Shown piece by piece: positions 37,601-48,696 of a DNA stretch of 64,000 nucleotides (positions are counted from its first letter, which is position 1; each line of letters begins with the position of its first letter). The position numbers were made by a program, and so were the translations under genes. This stretch comes from Macrostomum hystrix. Taxonomy: Eukaryota > Animalia > Platyhelminthes. The DNA lies in assembly GCA_950097015.1 (NCBI GenBank), contig CATNEN010000003.1, positions 7,998,001-8,062,000 on the forward strand, written 5' to 3'. Under the pieces are notes generated by a model, which was not told the origin of the DNA, did no database searches, and was given only the letters and a program-made list of their open reading frames with translations.

Positions 37601-39568
37601 ATGTAGAGCTGGTGACGTCCTTGGCTTTCGTGCTCTGTGAATCGATGCATTGTGCTCATATTTCATTCACGTTAGACTACATCTGGCCACCGACTTTGAA
37701 TTTCGTTGAGCTACTCACAGAGAGTGGCGCCATTTCCCCGTAGTCTGGAAGTTTGTCATTTGTATCATTAGTTTTATCAGCTGCACTGAGCAGGAAGCAC
37801 CTGTGCACAGGCAGAGGGAACGAGTCTTCAGTGCTGAATGTGAAAAATGCCGGCTTGCCGACGACCCAGAGCTTCGTGACACTCATATCCAGACTGAAAT
37901 CTATGGGGTTCACTGAAAACAAATTCGGGATGGAGTGAAGTTAAATGACCAATTTTAAGCTTCAATACACTAAAGAAGCTTTTTGTTCAAAATTAAAGCT
38001 AAAAAAGTAGATGATGAGAAACCGGAAATGTAGAGCTTCCGAGATGTCTCCAGCTGACTCCCATCGCTGCAATTATGCTGGCACTGCAGCAGAGCTCCGT
38101 GCAATTCCGTACTCATGATGAACTCTTGGAGAATAATGAATTCCCTCATCGCAGATTTCTACAATGAACGGAGCACAAAATGATGGAAACCTTCAGTTCA
38201 ATTGTTGCGAACCCGAAACTAAGAGGCAAAATCTAACGCGTACAGTCTTTAGAGGTAAGACGGTCCCGTTCCCAATTTTCATGCTGCATGTTGATGGACG
38301 GGTCACATTGTGACAGGGCAGCCACGCCTTTATCATCAGCCCATCTTTTGGTTTGAGAAGCGACAGTTTTGTCTCAGAGCAGGTGTTCTGGGATGACAAG
38401 CAGAAGCCAGCGTCTGAAGTTTTATCAAGGGTCAGCAATCAATGCCATTGATTATGTGACCAGTGCAATGAACAGAGCACTGAAACTCACTTTCAATGTT
38501 CAGAAGCCTGAAGTTCATGTACTTGTCAGTCTGGTTGCCCACGAATTTTCTCAGCAGCACAAACTAATGGAAAGTGAGGTTTGCAACGCTCGAACATGAA
38601 AATTCAAAACAGAAATATTGGTAGAAAGAAAGCTTACACACCATGGAATGCTTTACATCTGTGCAGTTCACTTTGTATACCCGACCCGGAACCTCTGAAT
38701 AGCCGATGGAGCCGCACAGGTGAAATCCGGACACATCGGGAGTGATTCTCGATGTGCAAGCAGGTGGATTAGATGTAAAAGATGTCGGCCTCTTGTTGCT
38801 GAGCAGAATCTCGATGCCTTGAGCTCTGATCCTCTCCTGTTCTGGAGCTGAAGTGAGTTCAACGCAGTTTTTAGGAAATCTTCTCAAATGACAGTTTCCC
38901 GGATGCACAAAAACGGGAGCTGCTCGGTAGCTTACAGTCAGTTCGGCCATAGACAGTCACCGATTTTATTTGAACAGGTCGGTTCAGCTTCAGCAGCAGC
39001 CACTGGTAGCCCGAGCTGTCCGGAGTGTCGCTGGAGTGAAAATAGTCAAACTGGCCAGGTCTGACCGATGAGTGTCGGAAGCAGCGACTGTCGCTCTCGA
39101 GACTGGACGACTGCCAGGCGTCGGCGACTTCGGCTTTGGTGACGTTGAAGCCGCTGCCTGCTAAACTATCATCCCTGCTCTCAGCTGAAACTGCCAGGGC
39201 GGATTAAACTAGCTACTACGCTCATAGATGCGATTGGAGCGTACAGAATGTTCTTTTGTCCAACTCTTTTCCTATACAACTGCTATTGCTACCAGTTGGT
39301 CTGTAAATGTAAAGTAGACAACTAATATACATAAAATATTACTTACTATGTTTTTGGCATATAAATTTTAATATTGTTCGGGACCTATCTGGGTAGCGAA
39401 CGGCTAGTTACGTGCAGCACAAAACGTATGTACAATGAAACACATTGCTTTCTCCTAGGTGTTGCATTCCACATAAAAAATAAAGTTTCAACTGAAACAA
39501 CACTTACAGCGACGGATGGCTCCGACAGTGCAGATGAGGCACATCAGCAGCTGGAAACAGATATTCAT
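31632..39568 (-). CDS. Receptor B: signal peptide + F-type-lectin-like domain + 10 Ig-like domains + TM + short Tyr-ended tail (~1315 aa, 24 exons)
   Basis: Exons: 39508-39568, 38936-39184, 38642-38847, 38491-38563, 38244-38413, 38023-38158, 37719-37912, 37472-37634, 37223-37383, 36668-36800, 36345-36493, 35794-35944, 35376-35708, 35143-35279, 34895-35051, 34650-34804, 34434-34578, 33243-33391, 33020-33173, 32624-32935 (weak AAG acceptor), 32342-32484, 32054-32237, 31739-31947, 31632-31655 (3948 nt). SP MNICFQLLMCLICTVGAIRR; TM LPIVTLSCSLVAAAAVGASVAAIVL then RRKR; tail ends PADPNTVYYYEE*. Confidence 0.83.
34407..39186 (-). repeat. Block near-identical to 22636-28813 (exons 2-17 plus introns shared by genes A and B)
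   Basis: Direct comparison shows only scattered substitutions in exons and introns. Similarity stops at the exon-2 acceptor and ~27 bp into the intron after the LTLIVY exon. Confidence 0.95.
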
Positions 39569-41349
39569 GCGGGCTTGTTAATCTGAAGTGGATTTCAACA
39601 GATTTTCTTTGCGGTATAACAGTAGGGAGGCTTTTCCTATCTGAAAAATGAGGTGGTTTTGATGGGAATAACGGGTTCTGAACTGGAAGTACTTAAAAAG
39701 CAAATGGCTCTGTAGACACTTAACATTAAAACAAATTTGTGTTAATCGGAGCTATTTAGGTAGTTAATCATACATAGCAGATTTAGTATCAACGACAACC
39801 TAACTTTAGCTTACAAGCAATGCAGTCTTATTGGTTCAGAATTCAGTAAAGCGAGCTGTTGTAATTGGCTAAAAGCAAAGTCCCGCCAGCTGCCACGATG
39901 ACCGAATTTACAAGTTCATTAGAAATTGAAAGTCATCACAGCTATTTTTGCCCTTATTCGGTTTGTCTGTCCTTTGTGAGCTAGTTGTGTGCTGTGGTTA
40001 CAACATCCGTAAGCACGAGATTTAGCTGGGGTTGTGTCTGCTTTGCCCGCCCTTACCTGTACGTCCTTACGTCCTTACCTGAACTGCCCTTCATCACCTC
40101 TCGCGTGCCATCCACTCGCCACGGCAGAATTGTTGTGCAGACTACAGTCTGTCTATTATTTTAGTCCTGTTTGCTATTTGGCCATGATAGACTTCGAGCG
40201 ATTGGCTCAGATCCAACAATTTGAAACAAGGTGAGGATCTGATGAACAGGTGGGCTGGGAGTGCCGAGGAGCTGACATTTTTGAGAGACCCGAGACTAAA
40301 AATAGGGGGTTAAAGAGAATAGATGGCTGGGCCTGACATGAGGATAGCAATTATTTACACAAACTAAACTAAGTTTCATATATCCTAATAAACCCTAATT
40401 AAAAATTCCTATAATCCATCACTATCCATCACTATCCATCACTATCACTATCAGCATCAGATGAGTAAATAATTTATGGCGCCTAAATCACAGCTTCAGA
40501 ATCGACAGCCAGCCAAACAAATAATGCTGACAGCTCTGGTCAGTCTTTCATATTTATCCTTTGGAGAGGCTATTTTCGGTGTAAACAAACCCGACATTGT
40601 GGATTTGGTCCTCGGTTTGATCCGCAAATACTTGCTGCGAACTGTCTAACATGAATCTTAAGCATGAATCTTATAGTTGTTAGCTGATCTGAGTCTGTAA
40701 ACTAAAGTGATCATCTGGAACTGGAAACAGCAAACAATTTGCAACCATAATTAAATCATGCGCATCATGCATTGTGCAGACTAGATATGTGAAGAAATAT
40801 TATAACTAAGTTCTTTGACAGAAATTTCGCTAGGCTGAAATGAAACCTCTATTATCTCTATTTTCCTTTGATTCAACCGCAATCGCAAGATAAATTTGTA
40901 CCTGTCTGTACCTTAATTAAGCGACTTGGTGTTTATAATGCAATTGCAGAATACACATATATAGAGGATTCAGATTAATTAGTTCGTGGGTCTATAGTCC
41001 TTCGAGAATGTCAAGAGAGTACATTTTAGGCACTTTCATAAACTTCAAAAGCTTCACTCTAAACTCCACAAAACCACAAAAACACAACATTACCTACATT
41101 ACACTTCCTCAAAGCTTTGGAAATGATTTCCACATCCGCAAAGTTTTAATAAAGTTCCTCATTACCCAAATTTCACTCCCGCCCACTTTGGCAAGAGCAG
41201 TGCAGAGCACTATAAAAATCGGGAGATGTGAGCATTAAAGCTCAATGAATGTAAACTAGACGTGCGATCTGTGAGCGAAGCTTACACAAGACAAGAATTC
41301 TCTCTTGAAAAACGCGACACATCACAAAGTCCTCGCTCATTCACCTCGA

Positions 41350-41487
41350 TTACGTCACGCTGAAGCTGGTCTTCCGCTTCGATTCCTGCCTTTCAGTCTT
41401 CCTCAGTGTCTCTGTAGCCACAGTGATCACGTGACCCTCAGCTCTCTTCAGCCAGCCTTGATGATTGGGCTCCGAGTTGTCACCGAT
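41350..41487 (-). pseudogene. Orphan degenerate Ig-exon relic of the receptor family
   Basis: IGDNSEPNHQGWLKRAEGHVITVATETLRKTERQESKRKTSFSVT* aligns by eye with gene B VGGNPEPTGHWCWVISADSLVINLTAETLRKNLDRELETNFSV. Confidence 0.7.
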
Positions 41488-42181
41488 CTTAGCGAGAACA
41501 ACACACGCAAAAATGTCCTATCTTAGCGCCATCATGCCCAGTTAACATGCCCCAGTTTACAAATCTCTGCACTATTGTTGCAGACATAATTAAATAATAC
41601 TGGAATGACTAGAACTAACAGCGGCACGATTTTAATTTATATACCATTCATTTATTTATCATTTATCTCGTATCTTTGATTGAAACTTTTTTCTTCATTG
41701 AGTATCGTTGTATTAGAACCGGTAATATAGAAAATCTGGGTTATACAGAATGCCAAATGCTGCAGGTGAAAGTACCAGCTAAATCTGTTTTATGGACCTC
41801 GCACGATAAACGAGCTAAGAACTGGATAAATTTTCCATTTATGCTTCACATGCAGGTAACAGTAATGCACTGAAGTGATTCAAATAGCATTTCATAGATA
41901 CATGCATGTACTTGTTTTACATGGAAAAGCAACCACCACTCGTAGAAATACACGAGCCGCATTAACAGGACTTCGTTGATACTGAAAATAATGAGTTGAA
42001 TGAGCAATGATTAATGATTTATTGCTGTGACTTGCGTAAACAGCATTAAATTACGAGCGTCCTTGGTTAGTGACAGCTTGAACATTGTTTATTTTTCTCA
42101 GGAGTATCGAAAAGGGGCCATTCAGTCTAGGACATCAGCTTTAAAGTAGTGCATTAATTCCATGGTTAGCGCATTGATAGG

Positions 42182-43592
42182 TATAACAGGAAAGTTTTGT
42201 CTTCCTGTTACCTTCTGCCACAGCAACAGAGAGATAAACGCTCCACGGGCCAGAGGCCCGTTTCTGTGTGGACTCCGGAGTCACATGAAAAGCGGCAGCG
42301 AAGCTCTGCCTCTCGCTTCCAGTGTATTTAAATTCAAGCAGCGCGCACAACAGAGGCAGAATGGGGAGAGAGGGAGAAACGCTGGGAGATTGCTAACACA
42401 GGGGCAGCTGTTTCTTTGTCCCACACGCACACGCTCCCCAGCGAACGCTCGCCGAACTTCTTCCTCACATTCCTGGGCCGTATCGATCCACGGACGCCTC
42501 GTCGTGTACGCGAATCATGTGAGCCATGCAAATACGATGTTCTGAAGCCTATTTGCAAGGCTTACATATACCCCGGTTTTTTCTAACTGACACTCCTGTC
42601 AGTGCTTTGGCAGTCTGGATCGCGTTCTTCTTGAATTGTCCTGATGATGACGTTGTCTCGGGGTGACACGACGCGTAGATCCGTACCAGCCAGTCCGCTT
42701 GCCGAAAAATTGAGGGAGATAAAAATTCTAGTCAGCAGCTTCTGTTCAGTTTAGGCCAGGTTTTCTTCCAAGTTGCTTCAGATGAGCCGTGCGATCCCGA
42801 TTTGGTCTTCTTATTGCAGCAATTGTCCTGGCCTGCACCCACTGTCCACAGCCTCTTCGGACTTGCTGGGTTGCAGCTCAGGCTTCTCTTCGAGCATTTG
42901 CAGTCGAGTTGGTTAATCGGTGAAGCTCACCTGCTTCACGTATGGCATGTCTTTTGTGCATGCAAATTTAGTATCAGTGAGTAACTGGCTCGTAGGCCAA
43001 AACACGATTAGAGCCCACTGCGACCGCTTTTGTTTTTCATTGTCACATGCTGCCGTAGTCTGACCAAATCCAAAACTAGTAGAGCATTTGAGGTTAATTT
43101 GCAGTTTTTTGTCCAGGTTGATGGTCGTGAATTGTAGATAGTTACTGCCAATACTGAATTGTAGATAGCTACTCAGTTGCTGGTACTTTGACTGCGTCGC
43201 ATAGCTTTTTCTGATGACGTTACGTTCGTTCTGTTCGTTTCTCTCTGAAGCCGTTGCAGGAATCTGGTGTCTAGCGGTGTAGGAACCTTTCGGCAATCAC
43301 CCATCGTTGACAAAGGCGAAAAGGGTGACTCTCTCTCAAGGAACCACGTATAACAGGAAAGTTTTGTCTTCCTGTTACCTTCTGCCACAGCAACAGAGAG
43401 ATAAACGCTCCACGGGCCAGAGGCCCGTTTCTGTGTGGACTCCGGAGTCACATGAAAAGCGGCAGCGAAGCTCTGCCTCTCGCTTCCAGTGTATTTAAAT
43501 TCAAGCAGCGCGCACAACAGAGGCAGAATGGGGAGAGAGGGAGAAACGCTGGGAGATTGCTAACACAGGGGCAGCTGTTTCTTTGTCCCACA
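42182..43592 (-). mobile_element. Small non-autonomous LTR element (TRIM-like), 1411 bp, identical 244-bp LTRs
   Basis: 42182-42425 equals 43349-43592 with no differences seen. 5-bp TSD ATAGG at 42177-42181 and 43593-43597. PBS-like TGGTTCC 2 nt after the upstream LTR on the minus strand, purine-rich tract before the other LTR. No recognisable pol. Confidence 0.88.
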
Positions 43593-43998
43593 ATAGGCAG
43601 AGACACAAGCAGACGCGCAAGGCGAGACCCCAAAGTTTAAAGTTGGGGGCCTATGCATTCTATTTAAGGTACGAGTTGATCAAAACCGAATATATTTGCG
43701 ACACAAAACAAATAAAGGCCAAATAAGAGCACTAGAAGAGCAAGGCCTTAAAACTAGGGAAATTGGGGGGCAGGGAAGGGCGAGGCGCAGGGGTGGCAAA
43801 CTGTCATTGACCTCCGAAAGCATCGCACGACGTGCACGCTTACAGACCATAAAAATCAAGTCTACAATCGGCACATGTGTTTTGAACCATTAAAGGCGTA
43901 CTTGCAACACTCCTGCTTCTAATGTTCACTTTGAGGTGACACTCACTTTCAACTCAGAGATTCAGCGCCAGATCGCAGCTGTCAATCACTTCGCAGTT

Positions 43999-44732
43999 CT
44001 AGGCGTCGTAGTACACAGTCTGGAATGGCAGTTTGATTCACGCTGTTCAAACGATTCAACACCTGAGAGCTATGAGCATCTCTACTCACATTCGGATCAG
44101 GCGGCTTGACCTCGACCTGCGCCTGTCTGACTGACATCTCCACAGGCTCGCTTCGGCGGCTGTTGGCAGCTCGCATCCGCTTCAGCACAGCGAAGGTGAC
44201 CACGGCGGAGATCGCGGCGGAGATCGCGGCAGCTGCAGCCAGCGAGCAGCAGAAGACAACTATGGTCACCGATCCGCTCGATGGAGAGCTCCCATTGGCG
44301 GTCGCAAAGGAGCCTTGGGAACTCAGCTGGAAAAGTCATTGTGCTCTCAACAGGTGAGAACGGAGCTTGGCTGATCTTGCAGCTGACTGTGACTTCAGAC
44401 TGCTGCTCAGCGAATCGGTGGAACAGCCGAGCTGTCCGAACCCAGCCTCCGTTGCTGCCTCTCTCATCGGGCTCTACGAGCGTATAATCAGCTGATAAGT
44501 GCATGAACGAGTACATGCTTTAAGAATGAGGCTTCATTGGTTGGGAGTTTTAAAACGACTCGGATATCTAAAATACTTTTCCGACTCACCGGGATTCCCT
44601 CGATCAGGACTGAGCTGGTCTTGAGTGAGCAGTCCAACTCAGGCCTCGGATTTCCCTCCGGTGTTTTCCCCGTGAGATTCAGCACAGAACCGTTGAGCAG
44701 CCCACCGGACCAGCTGATGTTGTTCGAAGCGA
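43999..44732 (-). pseudogene. Orphan 3' end of a diverged B-type receptor (last Ig, TM, tail), frameshifted
   Basis: Exon 44590-44732 (ASNNISWSGGLLNGSVLNLTGKTPEGNPRPELDC). The Ig-half exon is fused out of frame to the TM exon (IVVFCCSLAAAAAISAAISAVVTFAVLKRMR...PPDPN). Last exon 43999-44019 encodes TVYYDA*. Confidence 0.85.
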
Positions 44733-44810
44733 CTGCGGGCCAAGGAATTTGAGCTGTTCTGAGATTCTGACTTAAATTATAAGTGACTAAAATCGTACAA
44801 GTGTACAAAA

Positions 44811-45908
44811 CGTAGTGAGCCACTGCTTAGGGGCCTATTGGTGTCTCGCTAGCTGTCAGTTGCCTTGCCTGCTTAGGTAGCTTAGGTGCCTTTCGTTGGC
44901 ACTGAGCGACTGCCCTGCCCGCCTCTCTCTGGCGCCGACTGGTCTGTCACTCTCTGCCCGACTGTCCCCCTTGGCCGCGCCTGCACTTTGAGTGTGCTTT
45001 TTCCCCCAGGAATCACCTTTTTCCAATGTGAAGTCTTAGAATTCGAATGCAGCGTAGTAGAGCTGCCACCAGGGCGTCAGGTTTCTGCCTTCGGTGAGGT
45101 GAAGGATCCTTGGCCCGAAGTCACGAAGTCAAGAGTCGCACACCGTGCAGAGTTTCCAGGCGCAGTCAGAGGCTGTCAGAGTCCTGCGTCGCTCCAGCGA
45201 GGATGGAAGGCTAAGTTAGTTTCGGGACTTGGCCCGAACAGAGCTTAAGAGTAGGCAGACACACCGAGACAGATGCAGGGAACTCGAACACTGATAGCAC
45301 TTGAAGTAACGGATTGCTAGAATTTCAAAGACTCAATGATTTGACTAAGCTAGGACAACATCAGCTACAGACCAATTGTTCTAGAATTTCACGAGATTCG
45401 GATCGAGAAGAAGACCGCGTATTCGGAGTGGCCACCGAGGCTATGTCAGCAGCTCGGCAGCAGCAGCAGCAACCGAAAATTTAGGAAACCGACACGATGC
45501 ATGACGTAGAAGACCCGCCTGACGAAATTATCGAAGATCTGGACAACATCGGCCGATACATCAACCTCTGAGACCTACAGACGATAATGGCGGCGCTGAG
45601 ACTGCAAACCAAACAACAACCAGTCAAGCTGGTCATGATCATCAAGTACACGCTGCAACAGGACTTCCAGACTTGGCTCGCGGCATTCGAACAGCGCTGC
45701 GAGATGGAGCGCATCAACGACCTGTTCGAGATGAAGCAACATCAGATTGCCAGCCTGGACCTTGCCTCTTCCTACCCGGCGCTGCTCAGCATGAATCTTC
45801 CGCGCTATTCAAGCTGTCAGGAAGTCAAGGACCGTCTGATCGAGCGATTTTCTCGTCACACTGGAACTGACGAGTACCGTGAGCGATTCCGCCGACGACA
45901 TGAACGAG
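44811..45908 (+). mobile_element. Truncated LTR retrotransposon 5' part with gag-like remnant (45587-45908)
   Basis: DFQTWLAAFEQRC...QEVKDRLIERFS..DEYRERFRRR resembles a gypsy capsid. Region begins CGTAGTGAG (TGTAG-like) exactly where the 44-kb relic stops. LTR limits are uncertain. Confidence 0.55.
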
Positions 45909-46414
45909 TTAAAGACTGTCTATTATTAGATTTTTAATTTACAGTAGAAGAAAAACGACAGTAAATGCTCATGCGAAGACCAAAAAAACAATTCATGTTT
46001 TGGAAGCCGATATTAATGTTTCTTGTTAAGTTCGTGATTCACTGATTTACTTGTTAAGAAGGAAAAAGAAATTGGGCAGCAAAATCGCAATATCATAACA
46101 AGATTGAGTTCGTCACTCCTTTGTTTTGAAGACAAAGTTTGATCCAAAAACCGGTCTGGATCACAGATCGTATAGTATTTAATATATGGTCTGTGATCTG
46201 GATTCATCGGCACGCGATCGGCTTTCAGCTAAGTAACCCGCGCAGCGGCTTTTAATTGTTATTTCTAAGGGACTGCTACTTCTAGCTAGGCGGCACAATA
46301 GTGGGGAAGAGCATTGGGAATTTCAACCTAATAAACTTTCATTATTAGCCAATCGACTTACATTAGACCAATTTTCAATTACAATTCAAATCCTTTCATT
46401 CCTTGTCCGCCTCT

Positions 46415-48033
46415 AATGTGGCTACTAGTTGTTGATTAGCTCAACTACAGGCCAACATAACTCTTACCTGTTTCAAATAGTTATAATGCAGTCTTAATGA
46501 GTAAACTCAGATATCAATGGAAGTCAGCAAAGTGTTCTTAGTGGACAACGACAAAGCCAGAAGAATGTTCAGAAGAAATTCATTAACTGTCATTCGGTCG
46601 AAACCCACAGGCCATACGCCACTGACAGAATCAGGCTATTCATTCTTTCTTCACTCTTCATAGTAGTAGACAGTCTGCAACAAAAAAGAGTTCGGTCATA
46701 AATAATTACAAAAAATGTTTTTTAACTGCAATGACTACTTATAGTAGTTGACTAACATTCGGATCGGCGGGATTCGCCACTTCAGCAGGTCGTCTCGCTA
46801 GCATCTCAACAGCCTCACATTGGCTGGTGGCGGCCGGTCGCTTCCGCCTCAGCACAATGGCGGCTACCGAGGCTCCGACTGCAGCAGCTGCGACCAGCGA
46901 GCAGCTGAGTGTCACGATTGGCAACGCTGCGCCACTGCTGACTGCCGGTGTCTGTCTGGAACTCGCTGAAGCAAAATATGCCAGAGTGAAGTTCAGTCAG
47001 AGCTCAGGTAATTGTCTACAAAGACCTAAATTCTTTGTCCATCTACTGCTATTCAGTCATCAGCGGCTCACGGAAGACGGCCCGAAAGGTGGTTGAGCTC
47101 CTTGCGGGGCTGAACAGAGTTCCGAGACCAGGCCAGATCTGGTTTATCAGACACGTGACCGTGACCTCCGCCTGCGGCTCCATGAACCAATGGGACAGCC
47201 GAGCACTGCGAATCCAGCCTCCGCTTCTGCCTCTGGTGTCGGGCTCCGGAGTCAGCTGCTCGGCGGATAGAAGTGCGACGAGAGTTTCTTTGAAGACAAT
47301 GGTGTGAGTTATGCCTCTAACTCAAAGACTCAAATGACTCAAGTGAAAAGATCCCTCACTGTCAGGCCTTCAATGCTGACTGAGTCGGACCTCAGAGAGC
47401 AGCGCAGCTCCGGCTTCGGGTTTCCCTCCAGCGTCCTCCCAATGAGACTGAGCTCAGAGCCGTTCAGCAGCTGGCCGGACCAGCCGATGCTGTTTGAGGC
47501 GACTGCGGGACGGATTGAGGGATGAGCAGTCAAGACTCTCAAGTGTCGTTCTGTAATCAGGGCTCTGAATATCCTCTAGCTGAAGTTCTATGCAAGAAAC
47601 TCCACATTCATGTTACCTATCTCATTAAATGTAACAAGGACTCACAGAAAACCTGAACACTTTGTTGAAAGCGCTTCGGAAATTCCTTCACAGCTGTCTG
47701 ATAGACAACGCACATCAGGGAGCCGTTGTTCATTCGCCTCGCTGATGGCACGCTGAAGTTGGTCTCCAGCTCCCTGTCCAAGTTCTTGCGCAGAGTTTCA
47801 GCTGTCAAGTTGATCACGGGACTATCTGCTGATTTCACCCAGCACCAGTGGCCAGTGGGCTCAGGGTTGCCACCGACAGACCTCACTGAGACAGCCAAAG
47901 GCTCGCCTTCCCTCACGAGCAGCGGCTGATTGGCACTCCACGAGCAGTTCGACAGATCTTTTTTGGGGAACAAAAAATGGATAAGACTGCACCTTGTCCT
48001 TTTAGTTTAGGTTTGGATGCGCTCATTTGAGAT
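46415..48033 (-). pseudogene. Near-identical duplicate of the 3' end of gene B (31394-33011): five exons 46651-47957 with no 5' part
   Basis: Same exons, TM, TVYYYEE* tail and 3' UTR with few substitutions (VISADSL to VKSADSP, EVSNP to EVANP). Confidence 0.9.
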
Positions 48034-48293
48034 ATCGTATGCTAGAAGATCGTATACGTATATCGTATATCGTATTCGGTCAGTTTTAATTTTCTCTTTA
48101 AATTTCAATATTTCATTTTTTGTTTTAATGCCTTTGTTTATTTCAAAAATTTGTCCTCTTTTCAAATATTTTATTAACCTAAAATTACGCATGCTACTGT
48201 TTTCCTATCGCCTTCTCTTTAAAAATCGATTTGTTTAACCTCAAACATAAAATAAACAAAAAAAATCAGCACTCAATCGGCGTGCGCACCTCA

Positions 48294-48307
48294 ATAATAA
48301 TAATAAT

Positions 48308-48343
<36 letters not shown>
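48294..48343 (+). repeat. (AAT)n microsatellite
   Basis: About 16 AAT units with one interruption. Confidence 0.9.
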
Positions 48344-48344
<1 letters not shown>

Positions 48345-48347
48345 GTA

Positions 48348-48475
48348 TACAGACCTATTATTTAGACCAAAAAATATTATTAAGTAATTTATTAAGTTGC
48401 TCATTGTTTCAGCCACCCTTAATTCAGAATTACTTTGAGCTGCGTGAGACTTCTACCACTGACTGAGCAGCTGGG
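48348..48475 (-). pseudogene. Fragment of receptor Ig exon end (PSCSVSGRSLTQLK) plus adjacent intron
   Basis: Near-identical to ~24506-24631, ~25890-26016 and ~36260-36386. Confidence 0.85.
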
Positions 48476-48696
48476 AATGATTTTTTAGCATTCAGCTTCA
48501 AGACTGGAAAAGAAAACAATAATACTCGCTTCATTCAGTCTCGATTTTTTATATTTCCTGTTTATAACCTGCACAAAGAGCTGGCCATAATTGCCGATCC
48601 AGACATTCTTTATAGTGTGAGCAAAAAAATTTGAATGCAGAAATAAAAGTTTAGTTATGCTTTAATAGTATTCGGGGGCATTTCGTCGCCGGTCGC

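Noticed and set aside
22636-39186. A and B as two haplotypes of one gene assembled in tandem
   Set aside because: Each has its own intact, unrelated signal exon, proximal Ig, TM and tail exons in correct phase. Long-read confirmation is still needed.
43999-48033. Alternative 3' exon cassettes (switchable tails) for gene B
   Set aside because: They lie upstream of the B start codon on the minus strand, so cis-splicing from B is impossible.
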